A stretch of 64,000 nt of DNA from an uncultured Clostridia bacterium (GTDB taxonomy: Bacteria; Bacillota; Clostridia; Christensenellales; UBA3700). Made by a program: the position numbers and the translations under genes. The stretch lies in assembly GCA_945872615.1 (NCBI GenBank), contig CAMBZZ010000007.1:3496-67495 (forward strand), read 5' to 3'. A model generated the notes under the pieces. That model was given only the letters and a program-made list of their open reading frames with translations. It was not told the origin of the DNA and made no database searches. This document shows positions 17,351 to 27,981 of the stretch, in pieces (the stretch's first letter is position 1; each line of letters opens with the position of its first letter).

Positions 17351-18922
17351 ATGAAACTCAATAGTCAACAAAAGCGAAAACAGTTTTTGTCAAAACTAAA
17401 ATATATAGTCGTTCCTGTCATTGCCTACGGTGGCGTGGCGGGGATTTTTACGGGCTTTATCGTGAGTTTGTTCAATCTTTGCGCCAATTTTTTGTCTAGC
17501 AAGAGTAGCGAGATTTACGCTTACGTTGCCGAGCACCCGGCATTTATTCCTTTGTTATTTTTGGGATTAATAGTGTTGGCTTTGGCAATGTACGCTATAC
17601 ATAAAGTTTGTCCGCACGTGAGGGGTAGCGGAATGGTGCAAGCCGAGGGCGTAATGAGAGGACTGGTAACTCTCAAGTGGCTACGCACTTTGATCGCTAC
17701 TATCACGGGCTCGTTTATCAGCTTTTTTGCGGGGTTATCGCTTGGCTCGGAAGGACCGTCGGTGCAAATAGGCGCAATGACGGCACAAGGCACGAGCGAA
17801 CTGATGGGCAGTCGTCCCGCCAGAAAGAGATACATTATGACGGGCGGTGCCTCGGCAGGACTTGCCGTTGCCTTCAACGCTCCGCTGACGGGTATTGTAT
17901 TTGCACTCGAAGAAGCGCATAGAAGATTTACGCCCATGATTTTGATGACGGCTTCGTCGTCGGTTATATCGGGTACGCTTACTTACCGACTTTTGTCTAC
18001 GTTGTGGGGTGCGGGCGATAAGGTGCTGTTTGATATGGGATATATCACGCCTATCGCTACGGCTGACTCTTGGATGCTCCTTATCCTCGGCGTAGTGTGC
18101 GGCGCAACGGCGATATTCTTCAACTTCGCTCTAATCAGAACGCAACGGTTTACCGACAAAATCGAAAAGAAATTTCCGTATTGGCTTAGACTTATCTTAG
18201 TATTCGTCTTGACGGGAGTGACGGGACTTGTGCTGAGCGACGTCAACGGCGGCGGACACGGACTTATCCTCAAAATAGCCAATCTCGACTTTACTTGGCA
18301 AATGCTACTTTTGCTACTCTTTGTCAAGGTAGTTATGATAATATTATGCTACAATTCGGGTGCGACGGGAGGCTTGTTTATCCCTATGCTCGCTATTGGC
18401 GCATTGGTTGGAGGATTGTGCGGAAAACTATTTATATTGATGGGATTAGACGAAGTCTATTACAAGGCTATCGTGTGCATAGCTATGACTACCTTCTTCG
18501 GCGCAAGCGTGAGAGCACCTATCACGGCGATAGTGCTCATCGTTGAGATTACGGGTTATTCGGCGGGCTTTTTGTCATCGGCTATATCGATATTTTCGGC
18601 ATATCTAGTGGCGGAACTCCTCGGCAATAGACCTATATACGACAGTATGCTCGCGAGATTCGTCAAGATACAAAACAAGGGTACTACTATCAAAACCGTT
18701 ACTTTCGAAGTGCAAATAGAGTTGGGCGCATTTTTGGTGGGCAAGAGCGTCAGCGATATTTTGTGGCCCGCCAACTGCCTTGTCAAGAGCATTACTCGCG
18801 GAGAAGAACACATAGTGCCCGACGGCGAAACGCTCATAGAAGTGGGTGACATTCTCAATATCGAAGTGGAGACGAGCAATCCTAAGAAGTCCTACGCTTA
18901 TATCAAGGACCTCGTAGCGTAA
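17351..18922 (+). CDS. ClC-family voltage-gated chloride channel / H+-Cl- antiporter with a C-terminal TrkA-C-like domain
   Basis: GSEGPSVQIG and GGLFIPML selectivity motifs. Multiple TM helices. C-terminal soluble ~80 aa. Confidence 0.88.
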   Translation: MKLNSQQKRKQFLSKLKYIVVPVIAYGGVAGIFTGFIVSLFNLCANFLSSKSSEIYAYVAEHPAFIPLLFLGLIVLALAMYAIHKVCPHVRGSGMVQAEGVMRGLVTLKWLRTLIATITGSFISFFAGLSLGSEGPSVQIGAMTAQGTSELMGSRPARKRYIMTGGASAGLAVAFNAPLTGIVFALEEAHRRFTPMILMTASSSVISGTLTYRLLSTLWGAGDKVLFDMGYITPIATADSWMLLILGVVCGATAIFFNFALIRTQRFTDKIEKKFPYWLRLILVFVLTGVTGLVLSDVNGGGHGLILKIANLDFTWQMLLLLLFVKVVMIILCYNSGATGGLFIPMLAIGALVGGLCGKLFILMGLDEVYYKAIVCIAMTTFFGASVRAPITAIVLIVEITGYSAGFLSSAISIFSAYLVAELLGNRPIYDSMLARFVKIQNKGTTIKTVTFEVQIELGAFLVGKSVSDILWPANCLVKSITRGEEHIVPDGETLIEVGDILNIEVETSNPKKSYAYIKDLVA

Positions 18923-18925
18923 AAG

Positions 18926-18939
18926 TCGATACGTATCGA
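18926..18939. repeat. Perfect 14-bp palindrome TCGATACGTATCGA, 3 nt after the ClC stop codon
   Basis: TAAAAGTCGATACGTATCGA at 18920..18939 is identical to 44398..44417. Confidence 0.9.
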
Positions 18940-18949
18940 ATTATTGCAC

Positions 18950-18991
18950 AAAAAAAGACTCGAATACTTATGTGTCGAGTCTTAATTTTTT
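18950..18991. terminator. Bidirectional terminator between convergent genes
   Basis: A-run, AAGACTCGA-atacttatgtg-TCGAGTCTT, T-run. Confidence 0.8.
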
Positions 18992-19009
18992 GGAGTGTTT
19001 GTAGATTGG

Positions 19010-20557
19010 TTAAAATACTATATCAAATATATCGTTGCATAGCTTTTCGGCGTACATTGGCTCGTGGCTGACGAGTATAATCGCGCCCTTGTATTCGGCT
19101 AGTGCTTCGAACAATGCCTCTTTTGCATTGACGTCGAGGTGGTTGGTCGGCTCGTCGAGTATGAGGAAGTTGCTCTCCTTTTGCATAAGGGCGCACAACT
19201 TGATTTTGACTTGTTCTCCGCCCGACAGAGAGCCTATTGCCTTGGTAGTCAATTCCTTTTTTAGTCCTACTCTGGCAAGTTGGGTGCGAATGTCCTTTTG
19301 GCTCATCTTAGGATAAGTCTCGTTCATAAATGTTATGGCGTTGTATTCCATAGTGCGAAATTGCAAGTCTTGCTCGATATAGTTGATTTTGCTATTGACG
19401 TTGAAGGCAAACTTGCCCGATATGGCAGGGAGCTTTTTCATCAACGTTTTGAGTAGTGTGGTCTTGCCTAGACCGTTGGTACCTCTAATCCATAGCTTGG
19501 TGTCGCTAGCCATCTCAAAGGAGATTGGCGGCAAAATCGCCTTGCCGTCGTAGCCTATCTCGAGGTTTTTGACTTCTAGCATGTGCTTGGTGACGGCTAA
19601 GGTGTAAGGGAAGTCGAAGGTAGGCTTTTCGACGCTGACGGGTTTTTGCATAACCTCAATTCTGTCAAGCATCTTCTTGCGAGAGTTTGCCATACCTGCC
19701 GTTGCAGCGCGTGCTTTGTTGCGAGCAATGTAGTCTTCCATCTTCTTTATCTCGCGTTGTTGACGCTCGTAACTGTCGGCGTATTGCTTGGCGTTTTGTT
19801 CGTGTTGAGCCAAAAACTCGTCGTAGTTGCCCCAATACTTGCGTATCATAGAGTTTTCGATATTGACGATGATTTTGCATACGTCGTTGAGGAAAACCGT
19901 ATCGTGCGAGATGAGAATAAAGGTGCCTTTGTAACTGTCCAAAAACTTGCGTAGCCACTCGATATGCTCTAAATCGAGGAAGTTGGTAGGCTCGTCTAAG
20001 AGCATCACGTCAAGGTCTTCGAGCAACAGCTTGGCTAGCATAAGTTTGGCACGCTGACCGCCACTTAGCTTGGATATTACGGTATCGTAACCGAAGTTGT
20101 GCACTCCGAGCCCGCCCGCAACCTTTTTAATTTTGCTATCTAAATCGTAGAAATCCTCGTTGTCGAGATACTCTTGCATCTTTGACGAACGATTGATGAG
20201 TTTGTCCAATTCGTCGGGGTCTTCCACCGTCGCCATATCGCAATAGAGTTGCTCTAACTTTTCGTTGATTTCGTATAGATAATTGAAAGAAGAACGCAAG
20301 TATTCCATCACCGTCTGCGAGCGGTCAATGTCGGCGTGTTGGTCCAGATAGCCCCAGCGAATACCGCTAAGCCACTTGATTTCGCCCGAATCTTGCGGAA
20401 GTCTGCCCGCGATGATATTCATAAACGTGGTTTTGCCCGCACCGTTAAGCCCCACAATGCCAATATGCTCGCCGTTGTTGACGGTGAGGTCGGCGTTGTC
20501 AAACAAAACCTTGGAATCGAAGATATGGGTCAACCCCTTGATAGTCAAAATACTCAT
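19010..20557 (-). CDS. ABC-F family ATPase (two NBDs, no TMD)
   Basis: 515 aa. Two Walker A motifs (GLNGAGKTT, GTNGLGKTT), two LSGG signatures and an inter-domain linker. Confidence 0.9.
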   Translation of the reverse strand: MSILTIKGLTHIFDSKVLFDNADLTVNNGEHIGIVGLNGAGKTTFMNIIAGRLPQDSGEIKWLSGIRWGYLDQHADIDRSQTVMEYLRSSFNYLYEINEKLEQLYCDMATVEDPDELDKLINRSSKMQEYLDNEDFYDLDSKIKKVAGGLGVHNFGYDTVISKLSGGQRAKLMLAKLLLEDLDVMLLDEPTNFLDLEHIEWLRKFLDSYKGTFILISHDTVFLNDVCKIIVNIENSMIRKYWGNYDEFLAQHEQNAKQYADSYERQQREIKKMEDYIARNKARAATAGMANSRKKMLDRIEVMQKPVSVEKPTFDFPYTLAVTKHMLEVKNLEIGYDGKAILPPISFEMASDTKLWIRGTNGLGKTTLLKTLMKKLPAISGKFAFNVNSKINYIEQDLQFRTMEYNAITFMNETYPKMSQKDIRTQLARVGLKKELTTKAIGSLSGGEQVKIKLCALMQKESNFLILDEPTNHLDVNAKEALFEALAEYKGAIILVSHEPMYAEKLCNDIFDIVF

Positions 20558-20715
20558 ACCGACATTGTATAGTTTGGCGTAAGATTTGTCAAACGAATAG
20601 ATGTGTGTAAACTAGCGGGCATATTGACAGCCAACCTTTGGCGTATTATAATAATTATAGTAAATGTAATTATGTCGTCGCCGTATTGGGCGCATGCATC
20701 GTAATAGGAGTAGAT

Positions 20716-23252
20716 ATGAAGATAGACTTATCAGGCATGTGGAGTTTTGGACAAACGGACAAAGAGGAGCGTTATGTAGCTAAAGTACAGGGCTGCAACT
20801 TTTTGGACTTGATGGCGAGCGGACTGATAGAGGACCCTTTCGTCAAGGACAACGAAAGCAAGTGCGACTGGGTAGCGCTAAAAGATTGGACGTATTGTAG
20901 AGAGTTTGAGGTGCCAAGAGAGGCGCTCGATAGCGACGAGGTGTATCTCGTGTGCAAACAACTCGATACCATAGCCGACGTATACGTCAACGGCAACCTA
21001 ATAGCCAAAGCCGACAACTGCCATATTGCGTACGAATGGGAAATCAAAAATCAGCTCCGAGAGGGCAAAAACTCGATACAAGTCGACTTTTTTTCACCTG
21101 TGGAATACGTGCTTGCCAAACAAGCCAAAGAGCAATGCCCTAACAATAGCAACGGCTTGACAGGCATTCCGCATATCAGGAAACCGCAATGTCATTTTGG
21201 TTGGATTGGGGTCCCGTGCTTACTCCGAGCGGAATTTCGGGCGATATATATATCGAAAGTCGCAATAAGGTCACTATCCGAGACGTGGCGATAAAACAAG
21301 TGCACGGCGAGAGTGTCAAGGTCATCGTAGATATAGACGTAGACGATAAGGGCGAGCAAGATATAACGACGCAAGTCAAGATCACCTCTCCGGGCGGTAA
21401 GACTTGGGAGAGTATTTTGCAAGGCAATAAGGCGCAACACCTATTGACGATAGACGAGCCTATGCTTTGGCAACCCAACGGATATATCGAGGATAGAGTA
21501 GAGCAACCGTTGTACAAGGTAGAAGTAGCTTTGAGTGTGGCGGGCAATATCGTCGACGAACAAAGCAAAAATATAGGTCTTAGGACGATAACTCTCAACA
21601 CGGCAAAAGACGAGTACGGTAGCAACTTCCAATTCGTCGTCAACGGCATTCCGACTTTTTGCAAAGGTGCCAACTGGATACCCGCCGACAGTTTTATCAA
21701 CAGAGTAACTCATAAGGCACTCGAAGATTATATCAAAATTGCCGTAGAGTCGGGATTCAATATGATAAGAGTGTGGGGCGGCGGCTATTACGAGAGCGAC
21801 GACTTCTACGACTTATGCGACAGGTACGGTATCTTGGTATGGCAAGACTTTGCATATGCGTGTCAACCGTATCCTTTCTTCGACGACGAGTTTTTGAACA
21901 ATACTCTCAGAGAGGTGGAATACAACGTCAAGAGGCTGAGGCATCACGCTTCTTTGGCGCTTTGGTGCGGCAACAACGAGATTGAGGTCATGTCTACGGC
22001 TTGGCTGTATAAGACCAAATACGTACAATGGACGGAAAAGTATTTCTACGATATATTGCCTCGCCAAGTCAAAAAGTACGACGATATTACGCCTTTTATC
22101 TCGGGCACGCCTATCGGTAGTTCGCACAACAAGGACGTGAGCAGCGACAACGTGGGCGATACTCACCTTTGGGCGGTATGGCACGGATTGCAAGATTTGA
22201 CGTATTATCGCAGTCGCAATACGAGATTTTGTAGCGAGTTCGGTTTCGAATCGCTACCCGATATAAAGACTATCGAAAAGTTTGCAGACACCGATGACTA
22301 TTCTTTGGATAGCAAGGTCTTTACCGCTCACCAAAAGTGCGCCAGCGGCAATAAGAAAATGCAGTATTATATTGCAGGCAACTATCGATTACCTGCAAAG
22401 TTTGAGGATTACATATACCTATCGCAGTTGTGCCAAGCCGAGTGTATCAAGGACGCAACCGAACATTGGCGTAGAAACTTTGGTCGATGCAACGGCTCGC
22501 TCTATTGGCAATTCAACGATTGTTGGCCCGTATGCTCGTGGGCGGGGCTAGACTATTATCGCAATTACAAAGCGTTGCAATACGAGTGCAAAAAGTTCTT
22601 TGCGCCAATCATCGTTTCGCTCGAAAACGACAATGACGGCGTGGGAATCTATATCCTCAACGATACAGACAAGGCAGTTGAGCTTGGCGTCAACGTTAGA
22701 CTTATCACCTTTGACGGCGAAACTCTTTTGCGAGAAGATATGACCGCAACCGTCGATAGCGTAGGCAAAGTCGTCGTCAAGAGATATTCGATGGAGGAGC
22801 TCAAGCAACTCGGCGACCTCAAACGCTGTGTGTTGGTAGCGACTTTGACGAGAGACGGCAAAGAAATCAACGTCAAGACGGTGTTGTTTGACAAAGAAAA
22901 AAATCTGAAATTGCCGCTGTCAGACGTCAAAACCGGTGTGAAAGTGTGTGGCGGCGTCGCTAATATTACTTTGTCGTCGGACAAATACGTGAGAAAGTTG
23001 GCGCTCACTTCTCGCAACGTTTATTCGCCTTTTAGCGACAACTATTTTGACCTTTTGCCGCATGAAGACAAGGTCGTTACCTTGCAAGTGGACGACATGA
23101 GCGAGCAAGAAGTGTTGGACGGATTGAGCCTTTGCGACGTCAGCCAAATCAAGCCTAAGTCAACTAGACTTAGCGATTGGTGGACGAGGACGAAGGTATT
23201 TTTGCTACCCGTCAACTTCTTTAGTTATTTGTATTACAAACATATTATTTGA
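20716..23252 (+). pseudogene. GH2 beta-mannosidase, interrupted by a 1-nt frameshift near 21199..21205
   Basis: ORF 20716..21294 ends ..IRKPQCHFGW. The -1 frame continues DWGPVLTPSGISGDIY.., restoring the GH2 FGWDWGP motif. The sequence reads GGTTGGATTGGGG where GGTTGGGATTGGGG is expected. AGGAG RBS before the ATG at 20716. Confidence 0.75.
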
Positions 23253-23260
23253 GAGGCGTT

Positions 23261-24199
23261 ATGAATAAAGTTGTGTGTATAGGAGAGAGCTTGATAGACT
23301 TTATGCCCGTGCAAGGCAAGACGCTTGCCTTTGAGGCAAAGGCGGGCGGTGCCCCTGCCAACGTGTGTGCGGGAGTGAGCAGACTAGGCGGTAAAGGATA
23401 TTATCTCGGCAGATTGTCGAGCGATATGTTTTCGAGATTTTTGATAGACAAAATGCAAAAAAACGGCGTCAATACCGACTACGTTGTCATTGACGACAAT
23501 CATCCGACTGCGCTGGCATTCGTTGCGCTCAACGACAAGGGGGATAGAGAATTTTCCTTTTATCGCAACGACACCTGCGACCTTGCCTTTGACGAGAGTG
23601 ACGTAAAAGAGGAGATTTTCGATGAGGGCGACGCGCTCCACTTTTGTTCGGTGGGACTGGTGGAGTCGCATTCGAAATACGCTCATATCAAAGCTATCAA
23701 GACGGCTATTGCCAATGGGTGTATCGTGTCGTTTGACGTCAATATTCGCGCTAATCTTTGGCAACGATTGCAAGACTGCGTTGATACGGTGCTTGAGTTT
23801 TGTTCCTATCCGGATATTATCAAGGTGAGCGAGGACGAGCTTATCACCCTTACGGGCATAGAACAAGAAACTGAGGCAATACAAAAACTATGGCAATACG
23901 CAAGTAGATGTAAGATGATTTTCGTCACCAAAGGCGCGCAAGGTTGCGCCGCCTACGATAGAGAGATGAATTGTAAGACGGCGGCTATCGTCAAGAGCAA
24001 AGTGGTGGATACTACGGGCGCGGGAGATTGCTTCTCGGCTAGCATACTCTACAATATGGTGTACCGAAAAGTTAAACCTACCGTAGACGAAATAGGCAAG
24101 GCGCTTGATTTTGCCATGCGTGCGTGCGCAGTCGTAGTGGCGGGCTACGGCGCAATGGAAAGCATGCCTGCGCTAGAACAAGTAATAACGAAAGAATAA
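23261..24199 (+). CDS. PfkB-family sugar kinase (fructokinase-like)
   Basis: VVCIGESLIDF..GGAPANV.. and DTTGAGDCF motifs. Confidence 0.85.
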   Translation: MNKVVCIGESLIDFMPVQGKTLAFEAKAGGAPANVCAGVSRLGGKGYYLGRLSSDMFSRFLIDKMQKNGVNTDYVVIDDNHPTALAFVALNDKGDREFSFYRNDTCDLAFDESDVKEEIFDEGDALHFCSVGLVESHSKYAHIKAIKTAIANGCIVSFDVNIRANLWQRLQDCVDTVLEFCSYPDIIKVSEDELITLTGIEQETEAIQKLWQYASRCKMIFVTKGAQGCAAYDREMNCKTAAIVKSKVVDTTGAGDCFSASILYNMVYRKVKPTVDEIGKALDFAMRACAVVVAGYGAMESMPALEQVITKE

Positions 24200-24213
24200 T
24201 CGAGGAGATAATT

Positions 24214-25263
24214 ATGAATATAGAACAAGTGGTGACAAGACCGATATTTTTTGAAAAAAACAGAGTTTACCGCATATACCAAGGCGGTAAGGGCTACGCG
24301 CAACTTTGTTCCGACGGCTCTCAGGACGGATATTTTCCCGAAGAGTGGATTGCCAGCAAGGTCAAAGCAATCAATCCAAGATACTTCGGCAAGCGTGACG
24401 GCGTGTCGGTTATCAAAGGCACAGACGTATTCTTTGACGATTTGCTAAGTCAATATCCAGACGAACTACTCGGCGGTAAAAAATACGACTGTCTAGTCAA
24501 ATATCTCGACAGCGCGATAAGACTGCCTATGCAAGTGCATCCGACCAAGGAGTTTTCGAGAAAAAACTTCGGTAGCGAATACGGCAAGACGGAAGCGTGG
24601 CTAGTTGTCGCGACACGTCCTAACGCCAAGATTTATTTTGGTTTTAACCGCCCTATGACCAAGCAAGAGTTGTGGGAATTGGAAGAGAGAAGTCAAGACG
24701 AGCCTAATATAATGGAGAGCATTCTCAACGGCGTCGAGGCAAAAGTGGGCGATATGTATTTGATTAAGGGCGGTTTGATACACGCAATAGGTCAAGGTTG
24801 CACCATCATCGAAGTGCAAGAGCCAACCGACTTTACCATTCAACCCGAGAATTGGTGCGGAGAATACCACATAAGTGAAGAAGAAAAATACATAGGGCTG
24901 GATAAGTCCACGGCACTTGACTGTTTCGACTATTCCCTGTGGGGGCAAAAATCTCTGGATAGTGCAAAAATTCAACCGAAAGTGGTAGTCGATAATCAAG
25001 GTTATAAGTGCGAAAAGCTCATTGACTATGACGATACTCCTTGCTTTGCGCAATATAGACACACCTTGAACGGCGGAAGTATGACTATGCAAAACCCACC
25101 TAGCGTGTGGATAGTCTTGGACGGAAAATGCACCATTGAGGGCGAGGGATATAAGCAAGAGGTAGTCAAGGGCGAATACTTCTTTTTGCCATACAGCGCG
25201 ATTGGCAAATATACCGTCGGTGGAAAAGCAACTCTCATAGAGTGTTTGCCAAGTAAACAATAA
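24214..25263 (+). CDS. manA: Class I mannose-6-phosphate isomerase
   Basis: ..LPMQVHPTKEF..GKTEAWLV.. motifs. GAGGAG RBS before the ATG at 24214. The ORF-track start at 24124 overlaps the preceding gene. Confidence 0.8.
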   Translation: MNIEQVVTRPIFFEKNRVYRIYQGGKGYAQLCSDGSQDGYFPEEWIASKVKAINPRYFGKRDGVSVIKGTDVFFDDLLSQYPDELLGGKKYDCLVKYLDSAIRLPMQVHPTKEFSRKNFGSEYGKTEAWLVVATRPNAKIYFGFNRPMTKQELWELEERSQDEPNIMESILNGVEAKVGDMYLIKGGLIHAIGQGCTIIEVQEPTDFTIQPENWCGEYHISEEEKYIGLDKSTALDCFDYSLWGQKSLDSAKIQPKVVVDNQGYKCEKLIDYDDTPCFAQYRHTLNGGSMTMQNPPSVWIVLDGKCTIEGEGYKQEVVKGEYFFLPYSAIGKYTVGGKATLIECLPSKQ

Positions 25264-25268
25264 GATTG

Positions 25269-26108
25269 ATGAGAGCAGACAAAAAGAAAGCAGACGAAGC
25301 TAAAGACTATGCCAACCCAAAGAAAGAGGGAAAAGCGAAAAAGACTTTAGTCAAGTTGATACGAAATATTAGACAAGCCATATTCGTCGACAAATATAAC
25401 TGTCTAAATTGTGGCAAAGAATTGTCTAATCCCAATCGCTACGGACTGTGCGACGAGTGCAAGAGCAAGATAGAATTTTTGCACGACGATATTTGCCACA
25501 AGTGCGGTAGACAAGAGAGGAGCGAAGCCGACTATTGTTTGACTTGTCAAAACCACGAAAGGCACTTCTTGCGCAACAGAAGCGTGTGCGTATACGACGG
25601 CATTGCCAAGACGATGATACATAGATATAAGTTTGGTGGCAAAAAGTACTACGCACCTTACTTTGCCAATATGTTGGCGGACAAATATCTTGACGAGGGA
25701 TACGACGTAGACGTGATAGTATCCGTGCCTATCTCCAAAGAAAGAGCGCGCAAAAGAGGCTATAACCAAAGTCAAATAGTGGCTAAGAGATTGGCGGAAG
25801 CGTTGAAGTTGCCATACGTAGGCGAGTGTATCGTCAAGAATAAAAATAATATCGAACAAGCCAAACTCTCGGGCAAAGAAAGAGAAGAAAACGTACTTGG
25901 CGTATATAAGGTGATTGATAAAATCGCAGTCAAAGGTAAGAGAATTTTGGTCGTGGACGACGTATTGACTACGGGCGCGACTATGAGCGAAGTGGCAAGA
26001 GTACTATACAAAGCGGGTGCACAAAAGGTGGAAGGCTTGACGATATGCGCCACCTCATACAAAATACAATCGTCTAATCTAGGCGGGGAGGAAAACAATG
26101 AAGAGTAG
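25269..26108 (+). CDS. comFC: ComF-family phosphoribosyltransferase-domain protein (ComFC-like)
   Basis: N-terminal 4-Cys zinc-finger region (CLNCG..CDEC..CHKCG..CLTC) and a PRTase motif ILVVDDVLTTGATM. Confidence 0.8.
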   Translation: MRADKKKADEAKDYANPKKEGKAKKTLVKLIRNIRQAIFVDKYNCLNCGKELSNPNRYGLCDECKSKIEFLHDDICHKCGRQERSEADYCLTCQNHERHFLRNRSVCVYDGIAKTMIHRYKFGGKKYYAPYFANMLADKYLDEGYDVDVIVSVPISKERARKRGYNQSQIVAKRLAEALKLPYVGECIVKNKNNIEQAKLSGKEREENVLGVYKVIDKIAVKGKRILVVDDVLTTGATMSEVARVLYKAGAQKVEGLTICATSYKIQSSNLGGEENNEE

Positions 26109-27756
26109 ATGGTACAAAGACGCGGTAATCTATCAAATCTACCCACGAAGTTTTTGCGACGGCAACGGCGACGGCGTAGGTGATATTAGGGGAATAATCT
26201 CCAAACTAGATTATTTGCAAGACTTGGGCGTGAACGCGGTTTGGCTTTCGCCTTGCTACAAGTCGCCCAACGACGACAACGGCTACGATATAAGCGACTA
26301 TCGCGATATTATGGACGAGTTCGGCACGCTTGACGATTGGCAAGAGATGATAGACGGCATGCACGCAAGGGGTATTAAGCTTATCATGGATCTAGTAGTC
26401 AATCACTCGTCGGACGAACACGAGTGGTTTAAGCAGTCGCGCTCGTCTAAGGACAATCCTTATCGTGATTACTATTTTTGGCGAAAAGGTAGGGGGAAGG
26501 ACGGCAAAAAACCGCCTAATAACTGGCGAGGCAACTTCCTCGGTAGTGCGTGGGACTACGACGAAACGACGGGCGAGTGGTATATGCATCTATTCTCCAA
26601 GAAACAACCCGACCTCCACTGGGATAACCCTAAGGTTAGACAAGAGGTCATAGATATATGCAATTATTGGTTCGATAAGGGCGTAGACGGTTTTAGATGC
26701 GACGTTATCACATACATAAGCAAAAATCAAGGCTTGAAAGACGGCAAAAATCCTTTCAATCCTCTAAGGGGCGTGGAGAACTATTGCCTTGGCGAAAATT
26801 GGGAAAAGTACATAGCAGAGGTCAATAGAGAGTCTTGGTCCAAGTACGATAGCCTGATAGTCGGTGAGTGCGCGGGCATCAACTACGAGCAAGCCAAGCA
26901 AATCGCCGACGAGACCAAGCCCGTGCTCGATACTTTGTTCAACTTCGAGCATATGTTCGTTGACTTCGTGGGCAAGTTTAAGTTGTCCAGATTTAAGAAA
27001 ATCGTGGCGAGATACCAACGGATGCCAAGTACCGTTTGGACTTCCAACTATCTCGAAAATCACGACCAACCGAGATGTATCCCTAGATACGTGGACGGCG
27101 ATGAAGAATATCGCAAGTACGGCGCAACGATGCTGGCGACAGTCAACATGATGCTGAGAGGTACGCCTTATATCTATCAAGGACAAGAGATAGGTATGAC
27201 GAGTTGTCCGTTGGAGGAGGACGAATATAAGGATATAATGTCCGTCAACGTCATCAAAATGCTCAATAAGCACAAGATTATCAAGAAACTCGGTATGAAA
27301 ATCTTGTCCAAGAAGGCGCGCGACAACGCACGCACTCCTATGCAGTGGAGCGGGGAGAAATACGCGGGCTTTTCTACGGCGGAGCCTTGGATGAAGGTCA
27401 ACCCTAATTACGTAGACGTCAACGCCGAAAAGGATAGAGCGAGCGAATTCTCGGTATTCGAGTATTACAAAGACCTCATTGCTAAGCGTAAACAAGTCAG
27501 CCATATTTTGGCGGACGGCGAATGGCAAGAGTATTACGAAAAGTCCAATCAAGTGTGGGTATTTTCGAGAAAACTCGGCGACGCCTACGTGTACGTAGAA
27601 GCCAATTACGGCAAAGAACTCGTCGAGATAGACGACAGATATACTATGGACACCACGGACGCGGAGTTGTTGGTATGCAATTACAAGTATTGCGAAGCAA
27701 ACGTGCATATTCATACGCTAAGACCTTACGAGGCGAGAGTATACGTCAAAAAATAA
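26098..27756 (+). CDS. GH13 alpha-glucosidase / oligo-1,6-glucosidase
   Basis: WYKDAVIYQIYPRSFCDGNGDGVGDIRG.., DLVVNHSSDEH, GFRCDV, ENHDQPR. Confidence 0.92.
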   Translation: MKSRWYKDAVIYQIYPRSFCDGNGDGVGDIRGIISKLDYLQDLGVNAVWLSPCYKSPNDDNGYDISDYRDIMDEFGTLDDWQEMIDGMHARGIKLIMDLVVNHSSDEHEWFKQSRSSKDNPYRDYYFWRKGRGKDGKKPPNNWRGNFLGSAWDYDETTGEWYMHLFSKKQPDLHWDNPKVRQEVIDICNYWFDKGVDGFRCDVITYISKNQGLKDGKNPFNPLRGVENYCLGENWEKYIAEVNRESWSKYDSLIVGECAGINYEQAKQIADETKPVLDTLFNFEHMFVDFVGKFKLSRFKKIVARYQRMPSTVWTSNYLENHDQPRCIPRYVDGDEEYRKYGATMLATVNMMLRGTPYIYQGQEIGMTSCPLEEDEYKDIMSVNVIKMLNKHKIIKKLGMKILSKKARDNARTPMQWSGEKYAGFSTAEPWMKVNPNYVDVNAEKDRASEFSVFEYYKDLIAKRKQVSHILADGEWQEYYEKSNQVWVFSRKLGDAYVYVEANYGKELVEIDDRYTMDTTDAELLVCNYKYCEANVHIHTLRPYEARVYVKK

Positions 27757-27806
27757 GATATATTATAGATTAGATAATATCGGTTAGGTTTTATATGTCT
27801 AAAAAA

Positions 27807-27838
27807 ATAACCGCCAAATAGAACAGCGGTTATTTTTA
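27807..27838 (+). terminator. Rho-independent terminator
   Basis: ATAACCGC-caaatagaaca-GCGGTTAT followed by TTTTAT. Confidence 0.75.
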
Positions 27839-27981
27839 TGCATAAAATACCGTATAAATATGCAAAAATTCAAATAATAATGAATAATTATCCATTTTAG
27901 AAAAATTTTTTTCATTTTGTTGCACATTTGGCTTTAGAAATCTAAAATAGTGCTATCGAAACAAACGTAGGAGATATAAAA

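Noticed and set aside
18926-18939. The TCGATACGTATCGA palindrome as a CcpA cre site.
   Set aside because: It does not fit TGWAANCGNTNWCA at the key outer TG/CA and A/T positions. Its placement after stop codons is also atypical for cre.
21190-21215. Programmed -1 ribosomal frameshift in the beta-mannosidase gene.
   Set aside because: There is no slippery X XXY YYZ heptamer and no obvious downstream stimulatory structure. The break lies inside a conserved catalytic-domain motif, which is better explained by a 1-nt deletion or a sequencing error.
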